Shown here one piece after another: positions 1 to 13,299 of a DNA stretch of 64,000 nt. A model generated the notes under the pieces. The model was not told the origin of the DNA. It worked only from the letters and a program-made list of their open reading frames with translations, and searched no databases. Position 1 is the stretch's first letter. Every line of letters starts with the position of its first letter. The translations under genes were made by a program, and so were the position numbers. Origin of the DNA: Welwitschia mirabilis (lineage: Eukaryota); contig JBOZIK010000001.1 of the NCBI GenBank assembly GCA_051453625.1, positions 16,674,135 to 16,738,134 on the forward strand. Direction: 5' to 3'.

Positions 1-1000
1 TCCAATTAAATTTAGTATCTTTTTCAAGTAATAGATAAAGGGGTTTACAAACCTTATCATAATCATGAATAAAATAATGATAAAAACCAGCATAACTAAG
101 AAATGATCTAACTTGTTTAACATTAGTTGGAGTGCTAAGGTTTTTAATGATATCAAATTTTGTAGGATCCATCTTAATCCCTTTCTTCAAAATGTGATGA
201 CCTAAACATGTTTAACAAGGATTAAACTCTTTTTCCAACTCAAATATAGGCCACTCTCTATACATTAATTCAAGAATTTCTCTAATCTTTCTATGGTTTT
301 TTTAAAGATTTCACCAAAGTTGAAGAAGTCATTTATAAGATTTTAATAGAATCTTCTATCATGTCAAAATTAATCCTTATCATTTCTTGTTGAAAATTTC
401 TAATGACATTGCAAAGTATAAAGGGCATTCTCTAAAGGCAAAGATTCCAAAGGGTAAGGTAAAGATTGTTTTGGCTTTGTCTTCACTTACTATGCAAACT
501 TGATTATGGTAACTATACCGATTAAAAAAATAATAGTAGGCATAACCTTATATTATATTAAGTACTTGATTAAAAAAGTCTAAAGGACAATTATCTTTTT
601 TATTGATCTCATTAAGTTTTCTAAAATCAATGCACATTCTTCATTTTTTACTCATTTTGGGAACTACTACTAAAGGGTTAAACCACTTACTATTGATATA
701 GCATATATGATCTTGACATCCATAAGTTTAAAAATTTCATCTTTAACAATTATTAGACTATAGAAAAAGGGATGGCAACTAAGTCTTTATGGATCTAAGC
801 AAAGGTATCTTCTTTAGAATTTAAGAGTGACATGAAGTTGGATTCTTGTTGAGGAGTAAGAAGTTCACTTATTATCAAGGGTTTCTTAATATTATTAGAT
901 AGAAAAATGTATTTCATACCTTTAGGCAATTTCTTAAGTTCTAAGTTGGAATTTTCCATTATCGTCCTATCTGTCATGGATATGATAGACATCGGATGAT
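1..1000 (-). pseudogene. Gypsy reverse transcriptase remnant
   Basis: LELKKLPKGMKYIFL linker (ORF 795-992); KWFNPLVVVPK..RMCIDFRKLNE (about 610-690); FGIFAFR..PF (about 420-460); INDFFNFGE, a decayed (F/Y)xDD (about 310-335); LGHHILKKGIKMDP (about 165-205); FLSYAGFY (about 80-105). Confidence 0.9.
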
Positions 1001-1179
1001 ACTCTTCAAAAATGTATACTAATAAATAAGCATGTTTAGTTTCCTCCTAATTGACATATTCCTTATTCTCAAACCCAAAATAGTGTATTTCAATAAGGTT
1101 ATCATACAAAGTTGGTTTTTATAGCATTATCAATCTCTTCTTAATTGGCTAATGTTGTAAAAACAAGGTTGATTTAAGT

Positions 1180-1640
1180 TCTTCTTATAAATTAAACTCA
1201 TCTCCCATGTTTGTTTTAGTGGAATCAAAAACTCGAATGGTAAACTTCTTATTTCCTATATAACATTCCATCATTATAGTCTGTGTATCAATAATACAGT
1301 GGGCAATTGCATAAAAGGCTCTTTCTAAGAATAGTGGATAACCTCCATCATGTTCTACCTCAATGATGACCACATCTATGGGATAAAAAGATTTTTTAAT
1401 TTGGATGACTAGGTTCTTAATAATTCCTAATAGTTTCTTAATTAAAGTATCAACTAACTCTAAGATAATTCATGTAGGTTCTATTCTATTTTCTAACCTA
1501 AGTCTTTTACATATGTAAAGAGGTATGATGTTAACACTAGATCCTCTGTCAATTAAAGATTTTTCAATTCTTTTATTTCCTTCCATGGTGATATTAATAG
1601 TTGCTACTCTAGAATCTTTAAATTTAGGACACTTTTTCAT
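1180..1640 (-). pseudogene. Retrotransposon aspartic protease remnant
   Basis: SLIDRGSSVNIIP catalytic motif, then YPLFLERAF (cf. PLILGRPF) in ORF 1185-1373. Confidence 0.85.
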
Positions 1641-3632
1641 GACTAATTTGAAAATAGATTGATCAAAAAAAAATTTTCTAGGAATGGTACATTTTTATTT
1701 TCTTCTTACTAGGTATTTCCACAACTTAGAATATTAAGAATTCTCTTGTAAGAGTTTCTAAAAAGATAAGTTGATGTTTAATTCTTACATCAAGGTTTTC
1801 AAATGCTCCTCAAACATAGGATTCATGTTTAACCTATCAAGCTAAGAAGTAGATGGTTTCTTTCCTTTGTTTTCTTGTAAAGAATTTTAATGGTTGTTTT
1901 AGCATGTGATGTTAATGGAAAGTTGTACGAGTCCAAAATTTCTACATCATTTTCCTCATTACTTTTTTTATTATTTTTGGAAGTTGAAACCCCATGGGTA
2001 AGAGGTGTTATAGCATTTTCACTTCTCGTTATTACCTTTAAATCTATCTTAACTTTATTTGGTTTGGGTAAAGGTTGAAATGTAAGAAACCCTTGTGGTC
2101 TTTGATTAGCAAGCATCATTTGTTGAAGCACATTCACTAAGTTTTCAATATTACTGTTAGTCTTTCCAATAGTAGTGTTGGTCTTTTCTTGCATTTTTTA
2201 ATTTTTCTATGAAATCTCTAAGTGGATCATTTTGATTTAGTTAAAAATTAAAGTTATTTGGTTGAAATTTTGAATTCCTGTTCTCAAAAGGTTTTCATTA
2301 TAATTGTCCACCTATTTTTTATTGAAATTGTGGTTGGCTTTTAAAGTTAGATGTTCTTTTGTTAAATGTACAAACTTCCTCAAACATCCTCTCTTTAAAA
2401 GTTGGCAACAAGGGATAATATTTTGTTGAATGAGAGTTTTTTTCACAAATTTCACAAGTTGAGGTTGTGATTTTACCATTTACTATCTTTACATTAACTA
2501 TCAATTACATGTACTTCTTTAAAGTGGTGGTGAAATCCTTAATTAAATTAGTTGAGTCACCTTCCTTTTCTTCCTTGTCTTATTTAACCTTTTTCAAATC
2601 TTTTAGAAGATGGCCTAAAGTTTGATTTTCCTTAGTGGGTTTAGGCCAAGTTTGACTTATCTCTCCTAAGTTTCCAACACACTTCATACATCTTATAAGA
2701 CTAGGTTCAACAAGTTTCTGCCATAAGAAGAGTCTATAAGTATTTAGTCTGACTATTTAATTCACTATAGAAATAATTAACTAGTTCTTCTTTATGGAAT
2801 TCTTCAATAGGATTAGAATGGCTAGCTAAGATAAAATGTTTATAAGTTGTGGCATAATCTGCGTGTGGTCATTGTTAAAAATTGCTAACTTCCTTTTTTC
2901 TTTTTCTCATGAAACTTTCACTTAGAAATCTTTTGATAAAATTGTCTTACATTTGACTTCATAATTTAAGACTCTTATGTGGACTGGTTTTTAAGCCAAA
3001 TTTTTTCCCTTGCTCTAAGTGTGAATAGAAAACTAATCATGTAAGTATAATTACTAATACATTTCTTTTCATTTCCTAAGGTAACTATAAGTTATTCAAA
3101 ATCAGCTATACATTGGAAAGACTCTTCCTCAGATTCTCTAAAAAAATTTAGATAAGCACTTAAATGTTTTAATTCTACATCATTACTAGAAGGTAAATCA
3201 AAGGGATTTTGAATTTTACTTTCTCTATTAGTAATTAAATCTCTAAGGGTAATGTTTACATTTGAGGTAGAAGTTCTTATTACGATTAATAATCTAGACA
3301 AATAATTTGCTTTTGTTTTTATGATCATTTTAACACATTTGAAGAAGAAATGACACAATCCACTTCTATAGTACAATTTTCTTTTGCAAAATCTAATTCT
3401 AAAATAATAAAGGCAGAAAAATCTTTTTCTTCAATTCTTGGAATTTACATATCTGGGGTGTGCATATCTGGATTTTGCTCAAAGTTGAATAATTCCTCTC
3501 TGATATTTTTTTCAATCAAGTTTGTCTCTCTCTGATATTTTATCTTTCTACCAAAATTCATCATATCACTACATACTTAGATAGTAATAAANNNNNNNNN
3601 NNNNNNNNNNNNNNNNNNNNNNNNNNNNNNNN

Positions 3633-4330
3633 TCGTAGACAGAGGTATAATCTTCGTTAGGGAGTTGTTGGAAGTTTGTAACTTCTTTCTTACATTTCTG
3701 GAGGTAGTTTCACTCATGAATATTTTGATGAAGGCTTCTTAAACTTGACTCTAAGATTTCAAGCTCTTATAAGGAATTATTTTAAGACAAATTTTTTCTT
3801 TATCTCTCAAGATCATGGAAAAGATAACCATATAGGTTCTAATAGTTATGCACTTTTTACCATTTTTAGAGGTAAGGATAAGTTGTTCAATTTCTGTGAT
3901 GTATTATAAATCATCTTCGTCTAGTTCTCCACTAAAGGAAGGATAAGCATGTAAGTTTTTAAGTTCCACATCATCACTGAGAGGTAAGTCAAAAGGATTT
4001 TGGATCTCATGCTTTTGTGTTGCAATAAGATCTCTCAAAGTAGCACAAGTATTGAGTTGAGAAGGAGTAGAAGTAATGATTCTAATAACTGGGGGTGGAT
4101 TTGGAGAGATATATTATTTTTGCTTCTGGTTAGAGGTCAACATAATATCAAATTTAGGCTCTACAGAATTAAAATTAGAAATTGCAGGAAATTGTGAATT
4201 TTGCGTACCTTCGCTATTTTGATTTTTAATTTTAAAATTTAGCAAACCTTCTCTAATATTTTTTGCAATGAACTATTTCTCTCTCTGGTATTTTCCACCT
4301 TTTTCAACATTAACCATTTAGTCTTAGGGC
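3633..4330 (-). pseudogene. Second gag N-terminal remnant of the same Athila-like family, cut by the N gap
   Basis: QNPFDLPLSDDVELKNLHAYPSF at about 3935-4005 is homologous to 3092-3376. Confidence 0.8.
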
Positions 4331-4587
4331 TAAAGTATTATCTTGTAGATCATCTGAATGATAACCTGGATGATAGAGATATAAAACATAGACAACCATA
4401 GAAAGAGAGAAAGTTGAAAATAAACAGTTGTCTGACTGTGATGTCTGGATGATAAAGGAGACATCAGGGGTTAGTAAAAAATTTAAAACTAAAACAAAAT
4501 ACTTATAGAGTACTAGTATACTGCTATTATAGCAAACATCTAAAATATCCACTGAAGTAATGATAACACTCAGTCTTTAAACAGCCT

Positions 4588-4605
4588 TTCTCGGCAATGG
4601 CATCA
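4588..4605 (-). promoter_or_regulatory. Primer-binding site, tRNA-Asp (Athila) type
   Basis: Minus strand TGATGCCATTGCCGAGAA vs Athila-type TGGCGCCGTTGCCGGGGA: 13/18 match, all mismatches transitions; 3 nt from the LTR end. Confidence 0.8.
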
Positions 4606-4608
4606 ATT

Positions 4609-5701
4609 TATTATGGTGTGTATTTATGCAATATTTTACACCTTGATCTAAATCTTGTTAATTACAAATAAGATACACAAGCACAGCATGCTAGTATAGA
4701 TGAAAGTGATTCGAAATGTTGTAATTCTGTCAAAGGCCAATAGTATGGGAATGTAAGAGTTGATTTTAAGATAGAAATATGTAACCCTAATCTACTGAAA
4801 TAAATTAGAATACATGGAATTAAAATATGCTTATGCAAAACTAATCTAGGAATAGAAATAACAATGCACCTAAACTAATTAATCTGAAACTTGATAAAGG
4901 ATGACCTCATAATATATATAATAAAATAAACCTGTTACGAATCTTAAACAACATAAACTATGAAGGATAAGTTCTTGAATAAAAATGATAATTTATATTA
5001 AAAGCATAAAAGGCATTTGTATCACAAAGTAGTCATTCTTTAATGGAGGAAACGTCACCCAACAATAAGATAACATCTCTCTAGATTATCAGATGGTTCT
5101 CCGATCCCAAGATCTCCTGTCACGAGTATATCAGGTACTATCAAAGATAATTAAGAATTAAGAGGGATACCTTTATTTGTAAACAAAAAAGAAAGGAAAA
5201 CTAATAGAAAAGTAGAGGAGAAACCTTAGCTAACATGCAAAGTAAAGTTGCAAAGAAGTGGCGACAACTTGGGAAAACATTCGATAAAAGTATGAGAGAA
5301 TAATGTTATCCTTCAAATCATTCAGACAAAGCAAGAAATAACAAAGATTAATAATTGGAACACTTGGTTTTCTCTTGCTTAACTACTTATGAACTGCATG
5401 TAAACTTGTTATCACCCTATTTGAGATATTATCTGATAGTAACGTCTAGATGATGAGGTGGACAATAAGCTTTTATTAATCTTTAGTTAGTCTGATTGCT
5501 TGTTTTTTTGCAAGAATCATTATCTAAAATATTATTTATCTATATCTACATGAAATGCTTGTAATTTATTTGGAAACTATATATTTTCATTCTCTTCATC
5601 TTGATTCTCAATTATCATAAGAACTAAGCATTTATCTATTAATTCATCTATAAAACAACTCAAAATACCCTATTAAATACATATAAGTTGGTGGCACAAC
5701 A
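4609..5701 (-). repeat. LTR0, 5' LTR of the element whose gag is at 3633-4330
   Basis: Starts tattatggtgtg like 6163 and 10409; ends ...ggcacaaca, aligning with the ends at 7614 and 11901; PBS adjacent. Confidence 0.7.
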
Positions 5702-6162
5702 ACTACCTATGAATTATCAGGCTATTACACTCCTCACATATTATTATCTTACCTATTCAACCTTTCAAATTTTTAATGCTTATCTAAAGTAAGTAAAATA
5801 TCTATTTTAAGTTATTTTATGATACTATAAAAATTGTATGTGAGGAAGATTTAATTATTTTAGACCTTGTAAAATTACTATACTTTGGTTGAATGTGTAT
5901 GAGGTCAAAGTTTTATGCCTATACATAATGCATCATCATCTTATCCTTCTAAGATCTTGAGCTTCATTTATTATTAGAAAACTAGGTTTTAGTTGTTCTC
6001 TGGTCTCTTTTATCCCTATGATTTATTGGTTCTTTTTTATAACTCTTATGTTTATAAATTACTAAGTAATACTATACATCACTCAATAAATCCAATTTAA
6101 TCACAAGTTAAGCTCTAATGTTAAAATGTATAATGAATTATAATAATTGTATCTAGGCCCTC

Positions 6163-7614
6163 TGTTATGGTGTGAATTTATGCAATCTTGAAGTCCTTTA
6201 CATAAACCTGTAAATCAAATAACTTGCAAAAAAACACATGCTAGCATAAACATGTGTTCACCCTAATGTCATAAACTTAATAAAGGCACTAAGCTTAGAG
6301 TTAAAGAATTGATTTCCAAAAGTAGTTTTTGGTCTTTTATCCTTTACTAACTGAAAGTAAATAATAAAGTAATTATAATGCAAGATGAATGAATATGAAA
6401 TGCAAGTAAATAGAAGTGGAAATGAAATGGATTCACTTGGTTCCTAATCCTTTTATCATAAGGACTAACTTCTAACCTTTCTATCATAAATACTATATTT
6501 TCTATAATTCATATTAATTAAAAAGAGCATTTAACTAGTTCTTAATTAATATAAACTATAAGATCTACCAAGTAGAATATGAAATATGCAATATGGAATG
6601 AAATAAAAATGCAATGCAAACCTACTACCAACCAAGGTCAACCTTAATAAAGATTGCCCTCATGATCTAAATAAATCCAAACTTGTCACTAACTAAGATT
6701 AACTCAAATCATAAGGAACATTCATATAACTAGAGTGAAAATAGTATTTGTATTAATCAAAAGAACTTTACATCCACTTACAATAGGATGACAGCACCTC
6801 AATGGAAGAGACATAGCTTAACACTAAGAGAAACCCCTTTCTGCATCTATTAGATGAACCTCATATCTTTAAGCTTCCATCACAAGCATATCAAATATAA
6901 AATATGGTTTGAAAGTAAAGGAGGAAAGGGTATTTATGATTTTATATGAACTATAATCCTAGACATTCATTAAGGAAACTCTAGCCATCCACATGGCCCA
7001 TTTGGTACTCTTTACAATGAAATTTATTACTGCAGTGTAAAAATAGTTATCATCCTATTTATTGTCCACATGATAAAGGGAATGATGCCATCTCAATGCC
7101 TTGAGTTATGTTCCATGTGCTTCCATGGGTTGTCCATGCATGTTATAGATGTTGTCATCCTATCGGTCATCCACACGACATAGGGAACAATGCCACCTAA
7201 ATTGCTTAGGTTGCATGTCCATGTGCTACCATCAGTTCTGCGGCCTTTTTCAATGTGATTAAGTTTGTCATTCTACTTTGTATGCATGTGTTATTCAAGT
7301 GTTGTCCATGTGCTGCTCCTCTTGTGTAGCTATCATGATGAGCTGTCGTCCCATCTATGATAAGGATGATAGTGGGGATGATACTCTTCTCAAGCTCTTC
7401 AAGTAGCGTAAATTGGTCTTCTTCAACTTTAGTCTTCCTTCATGCTAAGTATCAGAACATGCCTAAAATAGCTCTAATTATGCTAAGAATTACATATTTT
7501 CATGATTATCGTATAACTCTTCATAATTAGCAAAATTGCATCAAAACCTATATAAATGTCCTACAAAAGTACTCTAAATATACCATCAAATTCCTATAAA
7601 TTGGCATTGCAACA
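6163..7614 (-). repeat. LTR1, Athila-like 3' LTR
   Basis: tgttatggtgtg...ttgcaaca (TG..CA); collinear direct repeat of 10409-11901; PPT adjacent. Confidence 0.9.
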
Positions 7615-7627
7615 TAGCCCCCTACTT
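7615..7627 (-). promoter_or_regulatory. Polypurine tract
   Basis: Minus strand AAGTAGGGGGCTA directly before the TG of LTR1. Confidence 0.75.
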
Positions 7628-10387
7628 AGCCTTATTGGTCCCTGACAAAGTAGGTGATCAACTAGATTATGAGCCAATTTGACTCAGATAATCATCAACT
7701 AAAGAAATGGAATTTTGAGTTCCATTTATCATGCAGGAATAGATGACAACAATCCATTAATACAATTAATACTGTAGTTATAAGGCCCTTACTTAAACTC
7801 ATCAAAATAGTCCAAATAAATGTCATACACATAAACAAGTCAACGAATGTAATGACTATAGTTCAGAAAAATGATAATGTATATGCATAAATTGAGAAGG
7901 TAATGCTGAAACTAATATGTAAGATTAATGTTGGTGGCCTAAATTTGCACTTCAAAAGTAATCAATGCTATAAATAGGAAATTGCAATTAGGCTTAGTAT
8001 AGNNNNNNNNNNNNNNNNNNNNNNNNNNNNNNNNNNNNNNNNNNNNNNNNNNNNNNNNNNNNNNNNNNNNNNNNNNNNNNNNNNNNNNNNNNNNNNNNNN
8101 NNAAGAAATCTTTAAGGGCTTTTGAGAATGTTTCATAAGATGAAGAAGCTCCTTAAGATTTAATTAAAAGCATGGATTATCATCAAGAAGATAAGGCTTT
8201 CCCAATGTAAAATTCCAAGATATTCCAAGTTAAATCTTTAAAAAGAATAATCATTAAAAGCACAAGGTATAGTGGACTTGGTAGAAAAAGAATGAATGTT
8301 ACTTTGAGAATCACATGAATGTTTAAAAGGAAGAGATGGAGAGATAAGAGAAATAGACTCTTTAAAGTGATGGATGTCATGAAAGTCAAGTAAAAGAATA
8401 TGGTCTTTAGAATTATATGAAGGTGTAATCAGAAGAGATGGAGAAAGGTTATTATTATTAATGTTATGAGGTAATATAAAGGTGGAAATAAAAGTAAAAG
8501 GGGAAGTGAAGGAACAGATGTGATTTAAATTTGAACATAAAGGCATAGATGGGGAAAATGTAGAAATATGGGTGGAATGAACAAGTCTATTTTATATAAA
8601 GTTTAAATGAATCTCTATTAGTCCTTTATTAATTTACATTTCTTCACTAGTATTCATGTCATTATGTTATTGGATTGTTTTTGTACTTTACTCACCATTG
8701 TTTGTGACTATATCTTCCTTCTCTTATTGAAGATTACTTTTATTCTCTAAATGATTGGATTCATCAAAAAGATTATCAAGTGATATAAGAGCATCATCTT
8801 CATCATTGATTTAAAGGTTTTCAGCTTTCTCATGATTAGATTCCTCATCTTGATTGTCTAACAATAAATTAATGGTAGGGATATAACCTAATATCTTAAT
8901 ATCATCATCTAATAAATGGTCATCTTTCTCCTAATGGTTGAATTATTGAGTTTCATTATTATTGTTTTCTTTTTTCTTATCTCCTAATGATTAGGATGTT
9001 AAATTTTTATTCACAAATTCAACTTCAAGTTGAAAGCAAGAGTTAGCATCATCATTAATTTCTAAGTTTCTTTATTCTTCTGAAGATAAGGTGAAGTAGG
9101 ATAATTGTGAGGATGTTCTATTATAAAATATCCTTGAATATGTAAAAGAGATTGTTGCAAGTTTTTAACTAATTTTTCTAAGTTCTTATAGGTGTTCTTT
9201 TTCTTCTTCATTATTTCACCAATCATTTCTCTTAATGAATCTTTTTTGTTTTCATAATAGTTGATAGAAGATGGTTCTTCTTGATAGTAATGCATGGAAG
9301 ATGATTAGGATTGAAAAATATGATTGTAAAAAGTTTGTCTAAATGAGGTGGAATTCCTAAAATATGGAGAATCTTCATCATTATATTAATATGAGGTTTG
9401 AAAAGAAGAGGAAAAATAATAGGTAGGTTGAAAAGAAGAAGGGACCCAATTCCTATTTTCAACATGATTTTATAATGATTGCTATCTTTTAGCAAAGATT
9501 TCTCAAAGTGTTTTATTACCAATGTCCTTATCATTTTACAACTTTCTTCTCCTTTCAGAAAGAAGTTCTACAATGGTTTTTCTATTATGATTTATTAAAG
9601 CAAGTGAGATGAATGAAATAAAAACATTTAGATTAAGATGGTAAGGAAGATAGGCACACAATAAAGGTCAAGGTTTCCTCTCTTGGATGATTCATCATTA
9701 AAAATGATATTTCTTAATACTCAAAAGACGCAAGATCATTATTTCCAATTGACTACATAGAGAAAAGAAAATCTAATTCTAAAAAAAAGAAATAAATCCT
9801 AGAATTTGTGTACCTATGTTATGCGTACCTAGAATTTTATTTGAATTCAAATAATTCTTAATGTTTTTATTAATCCAGTTCCTTGTTGGCTGATATTTCA
9901 TCTTTTTACCAAAATTCCTTATATCCTTGCATGCACAAATAGTAAACAAGAACTAAAATCAAATGTAATGAATCGTCATTCATCTGGTCATGAAGACGAA
10001 AGAAAGGACAATGATAATAGAGAAACTAAACTCAAAAAATATTAGAACTCTAAAAACTACAAAAGAAAGATTATAGAAACCAAAACTATCATCCCCACTG
10101 TCATGGAATGATAGATAAAGGATAATACTTTATTACTAGATTGTAAAAAAACAAAAATTATGAAAACAAAAATTAAATTCAAAATTTCAAAACCATCATG
10201 CCCTATGTTGTTTAGACGATAAAGAGAACAACAGGGTCCCTAAAAGTTAGAGAAAACAAAATTTTGTAGAAATAAATATACATTAAATTATACTAAAAAT
10301 ATAGCATTAATTCAAATAAATAGCATGAACAAAAAGATTCAAGGTATTTATCTAGTTAATGACAATCCTCTTAGCTCCTTATGACAT

Positions 10388-10405
10388 TTCTCAACAATGA
10401 TGTCA
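10388..10405 (-). promoter_or_regulatory. Degenerate tRNA-Asp-type PBS
   Basis: TGACATCATTGTTGAGAA: 11/18 match, all mismatches transitions; 3 nt from LTR2. Confidence 0.7.
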
Positions 10406-10408
10406 AAA

Positions 10409-11901
10409 TATTGTGGTGTGAATTTATGCAATCTTGAAGTCCTTTACATAAACATGTAAATCATATAACTTACAGAAGAACACATGCTAGTATAGACGGG
10501 AGTTCACCCAAATGTTATAATTCTAATGAAGGTACTAGGCTCAGAGTTAGAGAATTGATTTTCAAAAGTAGTTTTTGGTCTTTTAACCTTTACTAACTAA
10601 AAGTAAATAATAAATTAATTACAATGAAAGATGAATGAATATGAAATACAAGTGAATGGAGGTGGAAATAAAATGGATTCACTTGGTTCATATTCCTTTT
10701 GTCACAAAGACTAGGTTCTATCCTTTTTGTCACAAAGACTATCTTTTCTATAATTCATATCAATTAAGAAAAGCATTTAACTAGTTCTTAACCAATATAA
10801 ACTATAAGATCTACCAAGTAGAATATATAATATGCAATATAGAATGAAATGAAAATGCAATGCAAACCTACTACTAACCAAGTTCAACCTTAACAAAGGT
10901 TGTTCTCATAATCTAAATAAATCCAAGCTTGTCACTAACTAAGATCAACTTAAACTATAAGGGAAATTCACAAAATTGGAGTGAAAAGAGTATTTGTATT
11001 AATCAAATAAACTTTACATCTACTTACAATAGAATAACAGCAACTCAATGGAAGAGACACAGCCTAACACCAAGGAAAACCCCTTTCTGCAAATACTACA
11101 TGGACCTCCTACCTTCAAGATTCCATCACAAGCATATCAAGTATAAAAGATGGTTTGGAAGTAAAGGAGGAAAGGGTATTTATGGTTTTATAATGAACCC
11201 TAACTCTAGATGTTTGTTAAGAAAACCTTAGCTACCCACATGGCCTATTTAACACTTTTTAGAATGAAATTTATTGCCGCAATGTAAAAATAGATTGTTA
11301 TTCTATCTGTTGTCCACACGATAAAGGGGATGGCACCATCTCAATGCCTTGAGTTATGTGTCATGTGCTCCCGTGGATTGTCTTTGCATGTTACCAATGC
11401 CATTGTCCTATTAGTCATCCACATGACATAGGAACGATGCCACCTAAATTGCTTGGGTTTCATTCCCATATGCTACCATTAGTTTTATAGCCTTTTTTGA
11501 TGTGATTATGGTCATTATCCTACATGTTATGGGGACAACCAAGGGCATGACACCATTAATACTTCATGTGCATGTGATGTTCAAGTGTTGTCCATGTGTT
11601 GCTTCTGTGTAGCTATCATAATGAGTTATCATCCCATCTATTGTGAGGATGACAATGGAGATGACACTCTTCCCAAGCTCCTTAAGTAGCGTAAATTGGT
11701 CTTCTTTACCTTTATTCTTCCTTCAATATGCTAATTAGTAAAGCATGCCTAAAATACCTTCAAGTATGCCAAGAATTACATGTTTCCATGATCATCATGT
11801 CGTCTCTTTATAATCAATAGAATTTCATTGAAACCAATATAAATGTCCTACAAAAGTACTTCAAATACACTATAAAATTCCTATAAATTTGCATCATAAC
11901 A
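10409..11901 (-). repeat. LTR2, with a PBS on one side and a PPT on the other
   Basis: tattgtggtgtgaatttatgcaatcttgaag...cataaca; direct repeat of 6163-7614. Confidence 0.9.
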
Positions 11902-12215
11902 TATCCCCCTACTTAACCTTATCAGTACCTGACAAAGTAGTTAATCAACTAGATTGTGAGCCAATTTAACTAAGATAATCATCAACTAAAGAAATGGAAT
12001 TTTGAGTTCTATTTATCATGTAGGATCAGATGACAAAAATTCATTAATACAATTACTACTGTAGTTATAATCCCTCCACTTAAACTCATCACAATAGTCC
12101 AAATAAATGCCATACATATAAACAAGTCAATGAATGTAATAGTTATAGTTCAGAAAAATGATAATGTGTATGCATAAATTGAGAAGGTAATGCTAAAACT
12201 GATGTATAAGATTAA
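11902..12215 (-). repeat. PPT plus 3' untranslated region duplicated from 7615-7928
   Basis: tatccccctacttaacc...aagattaa is collinear with tagccccctacttagcc...aagattaa. Confidence 0.85.
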
Positions 12216-13299
12216 GTAGTAATAATATTAAAGAATAATGCATGAAAATCTCATTAATGTTTTCTATAAGGGGAAAGTACAAGAGTAATCATGACATTAT
12301 TTTAGAAAAGGTAATAAAAATAACTTTAAGAAGGAAAATCAACAAACCAAGGTAAAACAAAAATGAAAATGAACAAGATAGAACATAAAGAAAATTAAAA
12401 ATTTTTCTTTTTTTTGCCCTAATTTTAAACTTAGCAAGACTTCTTAGTAAAAGGTTATAAAGATACTTGATATAGAAATGCATGATTTAATGTAGAACAT
12501 TGTTTGAAATGGCAGTGATTATGATAATATCTAATAGTTATGTTTAGCAAGGTATCAATTCATGTTTGGACTATAATTAAATCCTTCTTTAGTTGTAATA
12601 ACTAGAGTACTTTGATAAGATACCATCTAATGATCAATATACTCATATGCTCATAAAGTATGTTCTTCAGAGTGATGGGATTTTTTAGNNNNNNNNNNNN
12701 NNNNNNNNNNNNNNNNNNNNNNNNNNNNNNNNNNNNNNNNNNNNNNNNNNNNNNGGACTCAAAGGCCATAGCTAGATCATAATCAACTATTCCTTTAGTA
12801 AAGTTTTCACAACTATCATATTGTACTATCAAAGGTCCCTCTTAAGAAAATTTGCCCTAGTATGCTTGTAGTAGTACATCATGGTATAATTATAAGAGGG
12901 AGATTCATTTTTTTATTTTTCTTTTTCTTTTTCTTATTGTTATATTTCCCTCTTACATTTTTTTTCCTCTTTTCCATTGATCAAGATCTTATTTTTGAAA
13001 GCATTAATTAATCATTAGAATAATGAAGCAATAAAGTATATAGTTAAAAACAAGCATTAGATTAATATAATTAATATTTTATCATAAATCAACTAAGGAT
13101 ATTAATTGTAAATATTGGAATATCTTAAGATTAGCTAAATCTAATCTTTATTACATGAAAATCCAGAGTAAAAAATCACTTCATCATGGTAACACTTATG
13201 GAAGTTAAACATAAAATAAGTTAAAGATGATCAAGTATTATCAAAATCAAAACCAAGGAATAAGGATAAGAAAGAATTTAGTAAATATCCAAGGGAAGA

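Larger units (their letters stand above)
1..3591 (-). mobile_element. Decayed Athila-like Ty3/gypsy gag-pol (gag, protease, RT); runs off the window start
   Basis: Minus-strand translation gives gag (QNPFDLPSSNDVELKHL, 3092-3376), a Zn-knuckle (CEICEKNSHSTK, about 2430-2460), protease (LIDRGSSVNIIP, about 1525-1560) and RT motifs. The PR-then-RT order is gypsy-type. Many stops and frameshifts. Confidence 0.9.
7615..10408 (-). mobile_element. Non-autonomous internal domain with a decayed gag-derived ORF and no visible pol
   Basis: Bounded by PBS (10388-10405) and PPT. 9770-9945 is homologous to the gag start at 3380-3590; 8103-9600 is homologous to 30660-32400 (+). Contains N gap 8003-8102. 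Confidence 0.75.

Noticed and set aside
1-5701. A single element with a duplicated gag
   Set aside because: The two gag starts are separated by the N gap at 3592-3632 and are diverged; two elements or a scaffold join is more likely.
10929-11231. 100-aa ORF in LTR2
   Set aside because: No comparable ORF is listed for the homologous part of LTR1; likely a chance open frame.
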